This document shows positions 48,081-60,200 of a stretch of 64,000 nt of DNA, one piece after another. A program made the position numbers and the translations under genes. Each line of letters starts with the position of its first letter. The stretch's first letter is position 1. A model generated the notes under the pieces. It was not told where the DNA came from and made no database searches. It worked only from the letters and a program-made list of their open reading frames with translations. The stretch comes from Saprolegnia diclina VS20. Its lineage: Eukaryota. Location: NCBI RefSeq assembly GCF_000281045.1, contig NW_008246095.1, positions 140,155 to 204,154 of the forward strand, in the 5' to 3' direction.

Positions 48081-49333
48081 ATGTATGAGAAGGTTTACGG
48101 CCTGTCTGAAATCGACCAATCGTTGGCGCGTTCGTTGCGACGATCTCTCTCGAAGCGACCAGTCTCGCTCATGCACCAACAGCACGACCCGTTGGCCGCG
48201 CCCAGCGCGACGTGGCAGCTGCCCGTTGCGTCGGCCCTTCTCAAGAACCTCGTCTCGGGCTCGGTCGCGGGCGCGGTCACGGACTCGCTGTTGCTGCCGT
48301 TTGACACGGTGAATTTGCGCTTCAAAGTCCAATGCACCTCGCCGCCCAAGTACACGGGTATTGCACACGCTTGGAAAACGATTTTGAAGGAAGAGGGTCT
48401 CCGTGGTTTTTTCGGTGGTCTCGCCACGACCTTGCTCATGGCGCCCATCAACACGGGCATCTACTATGCTGCGTACGAAGTGGGCAAAGCCACGGTACGC
48501 ATAAATCGACGATGCGCGTTGCTCATGGCCTCACGCGACGCACCCATAGCTCACTTCTGTCGTGCCAGACGAGCACGAGTCGATTGCATATTTTGCTGCT
48601 GGCGCGTTCAGCGAGCTCTGCAGCTCCGTGACCAACGTGCCGACCGAGGTCATGAAGGCAAGGATGCAGCTGGGCCAAAACCCCAAGAACGCGACGGGCG
48701 GCTGGTCCAAGCACACGTCCAACTACCGCGGCACGTTCCACGCGGTGCAGTCGATCGTCCGGCACGAAGGTGCGAACGACGCTGGTCGCCGCGGTGCTGA
48801 CTCTCTCGTAGGCGTCGCGGGTCTCTACTCGGGCTACGCGTCCTGTCTAACCGTCGACGCGTCGTACGCCGGCTTTTGCTTTGTCTTTTACGAAGGCCTA
48901 AAAAAGCACTATCGGTACTGTCTCATCCGACAATGTGGTTGTCAAGAGACGTGTTGCCTGTAGGACCAGCATGGACCGTCCGCCAGGAGCAGCCGAGACG
49001 GTGGCGATCGGCGCTGTCGCTGGCGCCGGTGCCGCGATGCTAACCAACCCGCTCGACGTCGTCACTCTGCGCCTCATGACGCAAGGTAGTGGATCGTCCC
49101 GTCACCGCGTCGATGGTCCTTAGAAATACGCTGTAGGCACGCACAAGATTTACCGCGGTATTTTCCATTGCCTCCAGCGCTCGATCGCTGAAGAAGGTAT
49201 CCGCATCCTCTGGAAAGGGTCGGCGACACGCATGATGAGCACGGTGCCGAGCACCGGCATCTCATTCGGCGTCTACGAGTCGATGAAAGGCCTCCTCGGC
49301 GACGACGTCGACTTTTCGTTTGGCGACGATTAG
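48081..49333 (+). CDS. Mitochondrial carrier (SLC25) family protein, paralog B; multi-exon
   Basis: PFDTVNLRFKVQ, PTEVMKARMQ, PLDVVTLRLMTQ. Highly similar to 43068-44205 with equivalent intron positions. Start is uncertain (48081 or 48171). Confidence 0.9.
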
Positions 49334-49805
49334 GCATGCAGCACAAATGTAAATAATCAATATTAGTTCACTTTGTGTGCATCATTCTCGACGAGAGACG
49401 TGACGCCGATCGTCCAGTAATCACGCATCAGATAGTCCCGTGTCTGCGTACCGTCGAGAAGAGTGCGTGCGACCACGAGCAACCAAGCACCACCATCCTT
49501 GGCAATGGCGATGATCCTGGTCTTCGCGCGCCGTGCAAGCGATTGGTTTACGTCTGGCTCTCCGCGATGCGTCCGAGAGCAGCTGGTGCCAGCCATTGCG
49601 AGGGTCGTCGCTGCTGCCCAAGTACTCTTCTCGTTGGACTCGAGCAACGCAGTCACATGACGGTAGTTGGGACTCGTATTAAATAAGGGTACATCAGTAG
49701 TAGAATAAGATAGGGCGTCCGCCGTAGTACGGCGTCGAGGGTGGTGGGTGGTGGTGAAACACACAGCGTAGGGGGGGCCGTGCATCTTCATTTACGTCAA
49801 AGCGC

Positions 49806-50090
49806 TCATAGCACGCGCTGCTGCTCGAGTGAGCTGCTTCGCTCGGTCGCAAAGCACAGCTTGCGCATCGACGTATTCGAGAGCGACGGCAGCGACGTCT
49901 GCGGGAGCGTCAAGTCGACGGCGCACTGGCGCATGAGCGTCGGGCCCATGTGCATGGGCGGCGGCGGGCCCAGCTCAAAGTCGCAGTCGTCGTCGTCGTC
50001 GTCGAGGACTTGCTCGGCGTGGATGGCGCTCCAGACACAGGCACGCTCGGCCAGGATGGTACTGCTGAAGTAGGTGCAGACGGCGGCCAT
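49806..50090 (-). CDS. Small hypothetical protein (94 aa) with poly-Asp and poly-Pro tracts
   Basis: GC3-rich codon usage like the neighbouring real genes. Inr-like ccatttcgc just upstream of the ATG. No recognised domain. Confidence 0.55.
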   Translation of the reverse strand: MAAVCTYFSSTILAERACVWSAIHAEQVLDDDDDDCDFELGPPPPMHMGPTLMRQCAVDLTLPQTSLPSLSNTSMRKLCFATERSSSLEQQRVL

Positions 50091-51387
50091 GATGCTTGCA
50101 ATTGGGCTGCGAAATGGGATAATGGTCGCAGCGTCAACAAACCACCGCTGTGAAATAGACTACCGGTACCAACACTCTCTCACCATAGAAACTTCAAGTG
50201 GCTCGGTGATGTTCCTCTCACATGTAATACCCCACGGCCGCGAAAATTCAAAAACCTTTCATACTCGATGTATTCGGGCCAGTGTAATTCAGCCGACATT
50301 CCCAGCACAGTAAAGAGTGATGGTTTTAGCTTGGGTTTTCTGAGTGGATGTCCACGAGCCCATTCGCGAAACAGAGTCTGTGGACACGGCTCTGTGCACA
50401 GATATTGGTTTCGCGCACCATGCCCTGCATACGTTTGTACTGAGCTATTTGCTGCATGTGCGACGTATCCATTTGGTCGGCCAAATAGGCGCTCGAGAAT
50501 TGATCCGCCGCGACACGGACGAGCAGGTGACGCCCTTCTCGCAGAACTTGGTGGCGAAAAAAGCAAACTCGAGACACGGCCGTCAGCGGCATCTCGTCTT
50601 CGAGAAGAGGCTCGACTTATATGATGACGGGGATACAACAACGCGTCATGATTAGCGAATGAACCCTCCACCACTGAAGACACAGGAGACCGGTCGTGCG
50701 GGTGCTCAACACCGCAAGCACATATCATGCAAACGGCCAAGCGGCACAAACATCGAAACCCAACATAACGATACCCTAATCTTTGGGCTGTAGACTGTGC
50801 TACAAGGAGCGAGAGGGAGAGAGTGCGCAATCGCTTGCGGTTGTGTGTTATTGACAACGTCGTTGGGACGATCGAAGATCGTGGGGCCCGGCATTCATTG
50901 GCCGACATGATGATCGGCGCTGGCACCTCTCCGCGCCTCTGCAGAACATCACTCAACGACACCCTTGCATTTCATTGGTCAAAATTGCTTGTTTATTCTT
51001 TTGTCGCGCTTTTGTACAAATCATCTTGTGAATTGTATGCCGACTCAAAAAATGCGACGCTGCACCAAATCGCGCCTTCGTGGGACGTCACCACCCGTGA
51101 AATAGTGTATTTAATTGCTCTATTTTATAGTGTACATTTGATACCAGAGCACTCAGCATCATCACCAGGGACTCGCATGCTCGTGCTTCAACAAGAGCTA
51201 CAACAAAAGAAAGTGCTAGGTTTCGTACAGGTCAGGGTCTTATTGGTGATCTCTCGTCTGACAGTCGAATAGCCGATTGCTAAGTGTACGTGGCGAACAG
51301 TATTTCCGTCGGACTGGCGCATAGACCCGACACCACAAGCTTTACTCATATCTTAGCTTGGCCATCCGCAGTTTCCGGATACGCTCC

Positions 51388-52912
51388 ATGGTGGTGACAC
51401 AGCGCCTGGCCCGACGTCTCACGGCGGCGCGGGCGACGCTCCAGCGCGGCCATAGCCATCGGGCGATGGCACTGCCAGCACTACGCTCTTATAGCGAGCA
51501 TGTTCATTCAAATGCTTCCTTCGCAGTGGCAGCAGCAGCGACGTTGGCCATGGGCTCTTGGATGAGTACAGAACTCAAGGCGTGTGTTGCGCTCAGGCCA
51601 TCATCGCGTAGGCTCGCGGGACGAGTGGGCGAGCATGAAAGCGGCACCGCCCTTGACACGCAACTTCATCGCAGACGCTGTCGAGAAGGCCGCTCCTGCC
51701 GTTGTCAACATCACGATTGACTATGGGCATTTGCAGGGCGGGAGCTCTGGCTCGGGCTTCATTCTCGAGCGCAGCGGCCTCATTGTCACCAACGCCCATG
51801 TCGTGGCGCATGCGGGTCCGCACGCGAGCATCAAGGTACGACAGTCCGACATGCATAGACGGCGATAGAGCCGAGGCTGCATAGGTGACGCTCGCCAACG
51901 GCGCTAGCTACTCGGCCCGTGTACATAGCATGGACGCACTCACCGACTTGGCCTTGGTGCAACTCGACAATGGTGCGTGCGCCTGATCGTGCCGTCCGAG
52001 ACGATGTAATGAATGTAGGATCCTCGCTGTCGCTACCCACCATGCAGATTGGCTCGTCGGGCGCGCTGCGTGCCGGCGAGTGGGTCGTCGCCCTTGGAAG
52101 CCCGTTGACGTTGCAAAACAGCGTGAGCGCTGGTATCGTGAGCGCGGTCGCTCGCCATGGCTCCGAGATTGGGTATACCCTTGTGCCTTGCGAAATTGAA
52201 AGGCTTACCCAGCGTAGGCTCTCGAATCGGCGCAACCACACCGAGTACATTCAAACGGATGCCGCCATCAACTCGGGCAACTCGGGCGGACCGCTCGTCA
52301 ACCTCGACGGCCAAGTCATTGGCATCAACGCAATGAAAGTTGCGGGCGGTACGCAACTCAGTTTGTATCGTTGAACCGCATGTGACCGTGTGGCAGGCGT
52401 CAGCAACATCTCGTTTGCGATTCCCATCGACACGGCCATGGACGTCATCGAGCAGCTGCGCAAGCGAAAGACCGTGACGCGCCCGTACGTGGGCATGCAA
52501 ATGGTCCAGTTCAGCCCCGGCGTGCTCCCTGAAATCTCCAAGTCGGTGCTTGGTCGCCGTCCACAGTGTGGCTCATGCCTCGTGTAGGATCTACCCGGAT
52601 CTCAAAAGCGGTGTCGTCGTCAAGTCGGTGACGCCAGGATCCCCGGCCGCGATTGGCGGCCTCCTGCCTGGTACGTCGCCACAACCCGATGCATGACTAG
52701 ATAGTACGATGCGGGTGCTAGGAGACGTCATTGTCGAATTTGCCGGCACTCGCGTCGAGACCATCAAGGATGTAACCACCGCCCTCGGCTACAACGTGGG
52801 TCAAAATATGTGCATGAAGGTTCGCCGAGATGGGAGCGCGAACCCGCGCGTCTTTTGCTTTGTGACGCAGGACGCTAGCCACCGAGGCGCGCCAACGTCG
52901 TCGCTGTGGTAG
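51388..52912 (+). CDS. HTRA2: HtrA/DegP-family serine protease with PDZ domain (HtrA2-like); multi-exon
   Basis: [87 protein letters not shown]. Arg-rich N-terminus resembles a mitochondrial presequence. Confidence 0.92.
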
Positions 52913-53630
52913 TACCCAGCCAAGACACTTGTAGAAGCCTAGCACCAAAAGCATGTTTCCGTTGTCGCCGACAAAAAGTATCCCATTTGCGGTGGGTGGC
53001 GTCCATTGCATTCGATCCTTGGACTGCGTCAAGTGCTCGAGAATCGACGTCCACTGCACAACAATGCGCCCCGCGACGTGAGAGATCGTAGCGCGCCATG
53101 TGTGTTGCCTGAAGCACCGTCGCGTATGGAGACGCTTTCATTAGCAGTGTACGAGGTATCGCAGCGAGCCAACAGTAACAGCTAGCTCCAGTAATCCAGA
53201 CGCTTGAGAAGCGGGGAGCTGAGCAATGACCAAGTCGGACGATCCAGGATATTTTACTAATCAACGGAAACCAAGTATTTGTGGCCACGATGAGAGAAAT
53301 GGGATTCCGAACATCACACAATCGCTCACACGCACACACTTGCCAAGGGTAGAGACAAGGTCGGCGTGAAATCGAGGATGGCCAAACTGGCTTTGGCGCG
53401 TCGCAGGTAGGAATCCTCGCATGAACGCCTCGGATAGACTCCCGAAAGGGCGCCGCGCAGTCGAATCACGACGCTGCGTTAAAGGGCTTGCCACGTGCAA
53501 TGTTGCGAGTCATGTTTTCGACACGCTTCCAATGTCATAGTAAACGCGCTACTTGCTCGTTGGTCACTCGTGAAAAGACACCTACACTGGCCCTCTCCGA
53601 CGTGCACACGAGTTTGCGTTTTGGAGTGAC

Positions 53631-53668
53631 GTCACATGGCGTTACAATCGTCACATGGCGTTACAATC
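53631..53668. repeat. Perfect 19-bp tandem duplication (gtcacatggcgttacaatc x2)
   Basis: Read directly. Confidence 0.9.
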
Positions 53669-55238
53669 GTGGGATGTGGTGCAACGCGCTGAACCAGCGT
53701 TGTAAACACATGTTAAACGTAGGGCTGCGGTGGCTCGGCCCCATTTGTTTTCCAAAGACACAAGATACACTAGTAGGATACTTGTCGGATTTGGTGTAGA
53801 GTGGCTGCATGCAATGTCCGTCGTACGATGATCGACGTGTGGTTTCGGCGATTTCGTAGGGTCATCACGGAACGAAGGCGCAAGGCCGCGCTGATCGAGC
53901 TGCTATGTGAGTAGCTACCGCTTGAGACCAGCATTGCGCTGGCGATACCGGTACGGCCGACACCCTTGGTTTGCAGTAACGAGCTTTTCGAACGTTGCAT
54001 CTTGCGCACCACCGACGATACCCTCGCGATGCGCTCGCCATGCGTGCACGGCAAAAGAACCATCGTCGCCAGCCTCGTAGAGCTGCTAGACATATTATTC
54101 CATTCTACGACTAGAGTTACTACAACTAAAGTTATTACTTCATTGGTTTCGAATGCGTTGCTCCGAGTATCTCAAATAGAATCGACGCGCAATCGAGTCC
54201 TGAGCTAGCGACCAAGTATACTGTATTAGTACACTGGTAGCTTTCGACATGGATGCAGCCCAATGCAAACGAACTAAATCAGACCCACCGGACCCATAAG
54301 CTGATCCATGCGACGGACGCATGCGCTCGGTGCCGATATGGCAACCATCAATCCTACAAAGCACCAGAGCTGATCGTCGTTTCGTCAACACTCGAAAGCA
54401 AACTGCCTCATACTTTACTCAATACACCTGCGAAATGTCGATAATGCACGACGACGTGCTTTTGTCGATCGCGGGCTCACGCAGCTCAACTGCGTTGGGA
54501 ATCCTGTGATCGGCTGCTACCTTGGGTGGTCAAGCAGTGGTACGACGCAATGAGATGGCGTCCGTTGGGTGCTAAAAAGACGTTGACCAAGAGCGTTCGG
54601 AGTGACCTTACCCAAAGGCCCCACTATACCGGTATGTGCAACTGCTGGCGAATCAACTATGGACAGGACCATGGCGGCAATGCTCATTGGAGTCATCTTC
54701 ACTTGCATTTGGCTCATTACAAGTCATCGCGGTTGCTTTAATGGAAGAGCTTACCACTCGTTACGTCAGTGCCTGAAAAACAGGTTTGGCGCCCTGGGTA
54801 CACGGTACTGCTTTCTCTTTCTTCGAGGTACCCACGGTATGGACCTTGATTCTTGGCGCGACGGTCTCTCATTGGCTTAGATTCCTCCCACGCCCCGTTG
54901 CTCACCGCTTCAGCTGTCGTCGGATGTGTCCCAAGGCGGCGGCGCCCTTTCTATCGACCGCTGTATGCACTGGAGCCTCTTCACGATCCACGGTGTCGCT
55001 CCCACACATCTGTTTCATGATCATGCCTGTGGACCAGATGGTTGTTCACAGTAGGACAATGATTTTCCGACTTTGCACTTCATGTTTGTATGGCACCGCC
55101 GTGCATGATTACTCCAATACTCGTCCCAGAGGTCACGAGTACACTGGATCTGGCATCGGTTCGAGCGCTCGTGATCGTGTCGTTTCGGTTGTGGTCACAT
55201 CTCAATTGCGCACGCCCAGCACAGACCGCACCGTCAAC

Positions 55239-55649
55239 ATGCACGCTCTGGACTACTACTCGGAGGTGCCGTACCAACCGTACGGCTACATCAACTACTG
55301 CCCGCCGCGCATCAATTACGAGCTCAAGTGCAAATATGCCTTCAAGAGCTGCCCCAACACACGCTCGGCCAAGAAGAACGGCGAGATGCACAAGCTCTGC
55401 GAGTACCACCGCCGGAAGGCCAACAACGTGCAAAAGTTCTATGCGCGCCGGAAACGCCACGCCAAGAGCTTAGAGCAAGGCAAGAGCCAGCCGCAGACGC
55501 CCGCCTCGGACTCGGACTCGGGCGACGACGTCAAGTCGCCGTGGGCCAACATGACGTTGGAGCCGCTGCCGTTTCTGGCCACGAACTGGTCCAAGGCAGA
55601 CCCACTGGCGTACGACGACTGCCTCATGCTGATAAAGATTCTGACCTAG
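55239..55649 (+). CDS. Small protein with Cx5Cx15Cx2H zinc-finger-like motif and basic helix; paralog 1
   Basis: YELKCKYAFKSCPNTRSAKKNGEMHKLCEYHRRKANNVQKFYARRKR. Intronless. Strong codon bias starts at ATG 55239. Confidence 0.85.
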   Translation: MHALDYYSEVPYQPYGYINYCPPRINYELKCKYAFKSCPNTRSAKKNGEMHKLCEYHRRKANNVQKFYARRKRHAKSLEQGKSQPQTPASDSDSGDDVKSPWANMTLEPLPFLATNWSKADPLAYDDCLMLIKILT

Positions 55650-58458
55650 AGGCCATAGCAGTGGCCCAAGTGATTATCTAAGAATTCATGTACAATATTA
55701 ATATAGAGCTAGGTTTATGAACCATTCATTCCATCGTGCAAACGATAGTATGTCGGCAAAGCCTTCCTTATTTATGGCAAAATACTAACTAGGATGGGAT
55801 TCTCAAGGTCGAGACGGATGGAGGGACCTTGCTGAGCCCGTCGCCATGGGTCTTTCTCTAAGTCGTACCCCGATTCGACTACTGCCACAAAGAGACCTGG
55901 CGCCGTCGCCTACATGGTCCAACAAACCAGTGAGAAGAAATTGCTAGTCTCTACGTGCGCAAAGTCCTTATAGCACGAAGATAACGCGAAACGCATTGAC
56001 GTACGTACTGCATTTGGACATATTAGAAAGCGCGCGCTCCATGAGTTCTTCCAAGTACAGGGACAGCAACAACCGGTACATGTGATGGCTACCCGTACTT
56101 GGCACCAAGTTGATGTGCCCTTGTCCCTGCGAGCTAGTGTTTGCGTGTATATGGCCATCGCCGTGGTTAAAGACGAACGAGTATGTGTCGCTCTTCTCAA
56201 CGACACCATATCTGCTGATCCAAGCGATTGGCTCGAAAAAGCACGAGGTTTACACGAGAACAATCTGCGTGGTTGTACATAGCAATGGTACATACTCTTG
56301 GTGTGTTGCTTACTGCGGTTTACAGGAGCGACTGGTTTCGAGCACCCTTGCACGCGATTCTATTTGTTCGCTTCGATTCCTAGACGCGCCTTTCGGCGAG
56401 CTCGGACAAAGTGGCGTTCTCGCGACAGAGCTTGAGTCCTGTTGCGCCACCACCAGCTTGCAAATGAATGAATCGTTCCGAAATGGCTGCTGCTCTTTCA
56501 AGTCTCGCCTGCGCTCGTCCTGTAGGAACGTCGCAGCCATGCTGGCTTGGCCGAACGATTCTTGTGATCGCATCCGACGTCCCATACCTTGCCACGCGAC
56601 AAGCCCGCAGTACCGTAGCATGTCTGATATCTAGACTGCCCACGCGTTGCAAAGCACAGCCAACGACTACTTGTATTCTTTGGAGGATGGTGTCGATGAA
56701 TACCGGTACTTGGCATCCGTGAGAAAACGCGCAGAGAAGGCCACGTGTCCTGTGGGATCCCGCTTGAAGATGAGACGAGGTCTCAGCGGTTGCGAGGGGT
56801 AGGCCTCCGTACTTCAATTACACGAAAAACATCTTGACAGATACCAATCAATAGTTTGTGCCAATCAATTCACGCGAAATTGATCGAGTGTGAAACGGTC
56901 AGCTCCAGTCCAACTCGGCCGTTGCGTCGCCGAGGGTTTCAGCAGACGCAGACGAGCACACCGCCCTTGTTACCGATACCGTCGGTACGAGGTGGAGAGG
57001 TGAGAAAGTGAGAGGGTCGCATGATAAGCCCGACGACTGCATCGCCATGCTGCAACACTGCAAGTTCCACGTTGATTTCAACCCTGATCAAGCATCGCGC
57101 ATGTCTACAAAAGCTGTTGGCGGGAATCAGCTCTGCGCTCTTCGTATAAAAGGGCGGTCGCGTTGGGTGCGGCGTCGATCACGTACAATGTATACTGGTA
57201 TTGCTATTATTCCAGCCCTCCAACACCAGAGACGCTGGCGAGGCGTGTGTGCATAACCAGGTTGGACTTCGTCTCTTTTTGCGACGATTGGTTGACCTCG
57301 AGAGGTCACATGCGAATGCAACGGGTCGACTTGTGCCTGCTTGATCTTGCCACGAACGAGCGACTTAGAGCCGGGAATGGCGTCACTGCTCGTTGGATAG
57401 GCATCTCGGGTGCCGCCGTATTACGCGATGCGTTCGTGTCATCACCACAGCACTACATAGCGCACCCGGATGCCCGCGACACCCTCCGCAGCGCCAAAGA
57501 TACGCTTGAAGACATCATATCCAAGCGCGTTGCTTCGATGGCTGCGAACGGTTGATGGGGTGCGTGCTACAGTACACGCTGGGTAGTTGCAGCCATGGTG
57601 GTACCCTAGCGTGGCTCGCCTTTGGCTGTTGCAGGATGGGTGGCCGCTGCCACCGTGGTCGCGTTGATCTGGTCGCGACACGCCGCAGTCGATCGCGGAC
57701 GGTGCCTGTCGGTGCAGCTCGTCGTTGATGTACTTGATTGCTCTCTGCACCGCTTGCAGTGCCGAGCGCGTGGCGTCTGAGAGGTTCTAAAATGAGTCAC
57801 TTTCCAGCCCGCGTACAGTGTATGTCGACGACGACGTCTGGGTTCTCGGAACACCGCTTCCTGTGTTGGTCGCCAACTTCAGGAAAAGCTGCCACGCCAA
57901 CACAAAGCACGAAGTGTCCATTTATGCCACCGATCCTTGCGTCCGCGGCAGCAACTCGAGTCTACGCGACGGTCTTGATCACATTGCTGCACGGTCCACA
58001 CTGTCTCGGCTATGTCGAGGCAACGGCACCTCGGCTCGCAAAGTCTACGTACACAACGTTGGGACACGTTGCGACGCAGACATTCGACAGCTTGGCCTCG
58101 CCACCACGCGATCTGTAACACACGAGCTTGGCCTACACAGCTGGTAGGCGTCGACGGCGGCCGTATGGTCCAAAGTAGCCCCTTCGTCGTCAACACCCGC
58201 TGCAGTAACTCGCCGATAGGACGCGCATGGCGAGAGGTTCAGAGCTCAGTGTCGCAGCGTGCTGTGTGGCCGTCAAGACAGCATTACGCGTTCGCCCAAG
58301 ACATGTCTGGCGTACGATTGATTCAACATCTCATCACGCGACTCGTTAAACGCGCCAAACACAAACCGACGCCGTAAAAGGTCGACCCTGTTACGCTCGT
58401 GGACGTGAGTAATTGGGCTAAATCTGTAGCACCAAACCAGAAACAAGGTTGGACAAGT

Positions 58459-58473
58459 TGCATTTCCGATTTC
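58459..58473 (+). promoter_or_regulatory. Oomycete Inr+FPR-like core promoter element (tgcatttccgatttc)
   Basis: Loosely matches the oomycete CATTY..WTTY initiator, ending 16 nt before ATG 58490. Confidence 0.45.
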
Positions 58474-58489
58474 GCCGGTTGCCTCCACA

Positions 58490-58858
58490 ATGCTCATGGA
58501 GTCACACGCCGCGATGTACTACCCCAACAGCCCATATTACTACCACAATAGTACGACGATGGCACCGCCGCCGCCGCGCAAGTCGCCGTACGAGCTCAAG
58601 TGCAAGTACGCCTTCAAGAACTGCACCAACGTTCGTAGCCAAAAGCGCACGGGCGGGCTCCACACGCTCTGCGAATTCCACCGGCAAAAGGCCAACGAAA
58701 TTCAAAAGGCATATGCACAAAAGAAGCGACTCAACCCCAAGCCGCCGTCGCCGTCGCAGCCGACAAGCGTCGAGCCCATCCCGTTCAGCGACGGGCGCAC
58801 CGACGAGGCGGCTATCGCGTTTGAAGACTGCTTGGACCTGATACGCCTCCTCCGATAG
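58490..58858 (+). CDS. Small protein with Cx5Cx15Cx2H zinc-finger-like motif and basic helix; paralog 2
   Basis: YELKCKYAFKNCTNVRSQKRTGGLHTLCEFHRQKANEIQKAYAQKKR. Shares the C-terminal EP[LI]PF and [YF][DE]DCL.LI.[IL]L motifs with paralog 1. Confidence 0.87.
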   Translation: MLMESHAAMYYPNSPYYYHNSTTMAPPPPRKSPYELKCKYAFKNCTNVRSQKRTGGLHTLCEFHRQKANEIQKAYAQKKRLNPKPPSPSQPTSVEPIPFSDGRTDEAAIAFEDCLDLIRLLR

Positions 58859-59135
58859 CCGATTCGAGTGGCGCGGCAGCTACTTATATACTACTGTACT
58901 ACATCCTTTTTCCATGTCATGCACTACTAGTAGTTAATTAGTTTAGCGCGAAATGCGATATCGTGCTCGCAACAGTATCGAAACGACGCTTCGATGGACC
59001 GCAAAGCATCAACGACTGGCGCATTCGATAGAACCTGCCCACGACAATGCAGTTGTAGCGCGATTAGCTCAAAACATCTGAGCAGGAAGGCCCAAGGGCA
59101 CGTGGTTCGTAAGGTGTTAGCGTACGTTATTTTTT

Positions 59136-60108
59136 CTACGGCGTCGCCTTTTGCATGGCAGCCATCAGCTGCAAGCGCAGCGCACGCGGCGCCACGTCCA
59201 AGCACGACTGCTTCTCGTTGTTCAACGCGTTGGGCTTGGCGCCATACTCGAGGAGCAGGCGCGCCATTGCCTCGTGGCCCTCTAGAATCGCAATGTGCAG
59301 CGGTGTGTTGCCTATGTAAATCGTATATGGCTGAGAGCGTATTCACAAAGAATGTGGTACCGTGGATGTCCTTGGTGTTGAGCTTGGCATTGTGGTCGAG
59401 GAATTGGACGACGATATCTACACCCGCCGTCACCACCCGGCCTCCATCGTACGACCCTTAGTATAGTAGTAGTACCTGGAGCTGGCCGGCCACCCAGAGC
59501 GCGCATCAACGGCGTCGAGCCAGACCGGTCCTGTAGCCAGCAAGAGCGAGATCACGTCGGATGCACGGCAACATCATGGCGTACCGCCGTGTTGATGTCG
59601 TTCGTGACGTCAAGAAGTAACTCTGTCATTTCCGGGCGACCTGGTCGACAGTCCAAGAACAAACCAAGATTGCACACGGTGTACCTTTGTGGTAATGCAG
59701 CGGAATCTGGCCATTCTCGTTGGCAAGGTTCGGATTCGCGCCCCTGACCACAGTATTCTGCGTCAACCTCGGACGATGCACGGAATGCTTGCGTACTTGG
59801 AGAGGAGGAAGCTCACCATCTCGACATGGCCCGCAGACACGGCGCTCATCAAGGGCGTCCAGCCCGAGTCGTCCTGGTGGTTGATCTTGGACAGACCCAC
59901 CAAGAGGTCGGCCACGTCCATGTGGCCACCCGCGGCCGCCCAATGGAGCGCCGTCCGCTCGTCTTCGTCGATCGCATTGGGATCATAGCCACGCGCAAGA
60001 AGCTTCTGCACCTCCTGGCCGGCCATCGACCTTATATACAGCGGGACGGTTCAGAGGACGACGCACCTCGAGGTTGCCGGCGCGGGCCGCGTGCACAAGC
60101 GATGCCAT
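59136..60108 (-). CDS. Gankyrin/Nas6-like short ankyrin-repeat protein; multi-exon
   Basis: DEDERTALHWAAAGGH, DDSGWTPLMSAVSAGH, NENGQIPLHYH, GSTPLMRA, GNTPLHIAILEGH. The pattern resembles PSMD10, but orthology is not certain. Confidence 0.8.
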
Positions 60109-60200
60109 GGTTGGACTGTTTTCCGGATACTGGGTGGTCATCCGGATACGACGCACGGATAGTGTATCCGGATCCACCGCCTTCTGGTTGTGATTCCGGC

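Noticed and set aside
49363..49791. 142-aa minus-strand ORF
   Set aside because: No codon bias or recognisable motif. It could be a remnant, but I cannot support that.
54786..55238. N-terminal extension of the 287-aa ORF
   Set aside because: Non-ATG start and non-coding-like composition. The paralog supports a start at 55239.
57818..57860. YVDDD resembling a reverse transcriptase YxDD motif
   Set aside because: No other RT motifs, LTRs or long frame nearby; probably chance.
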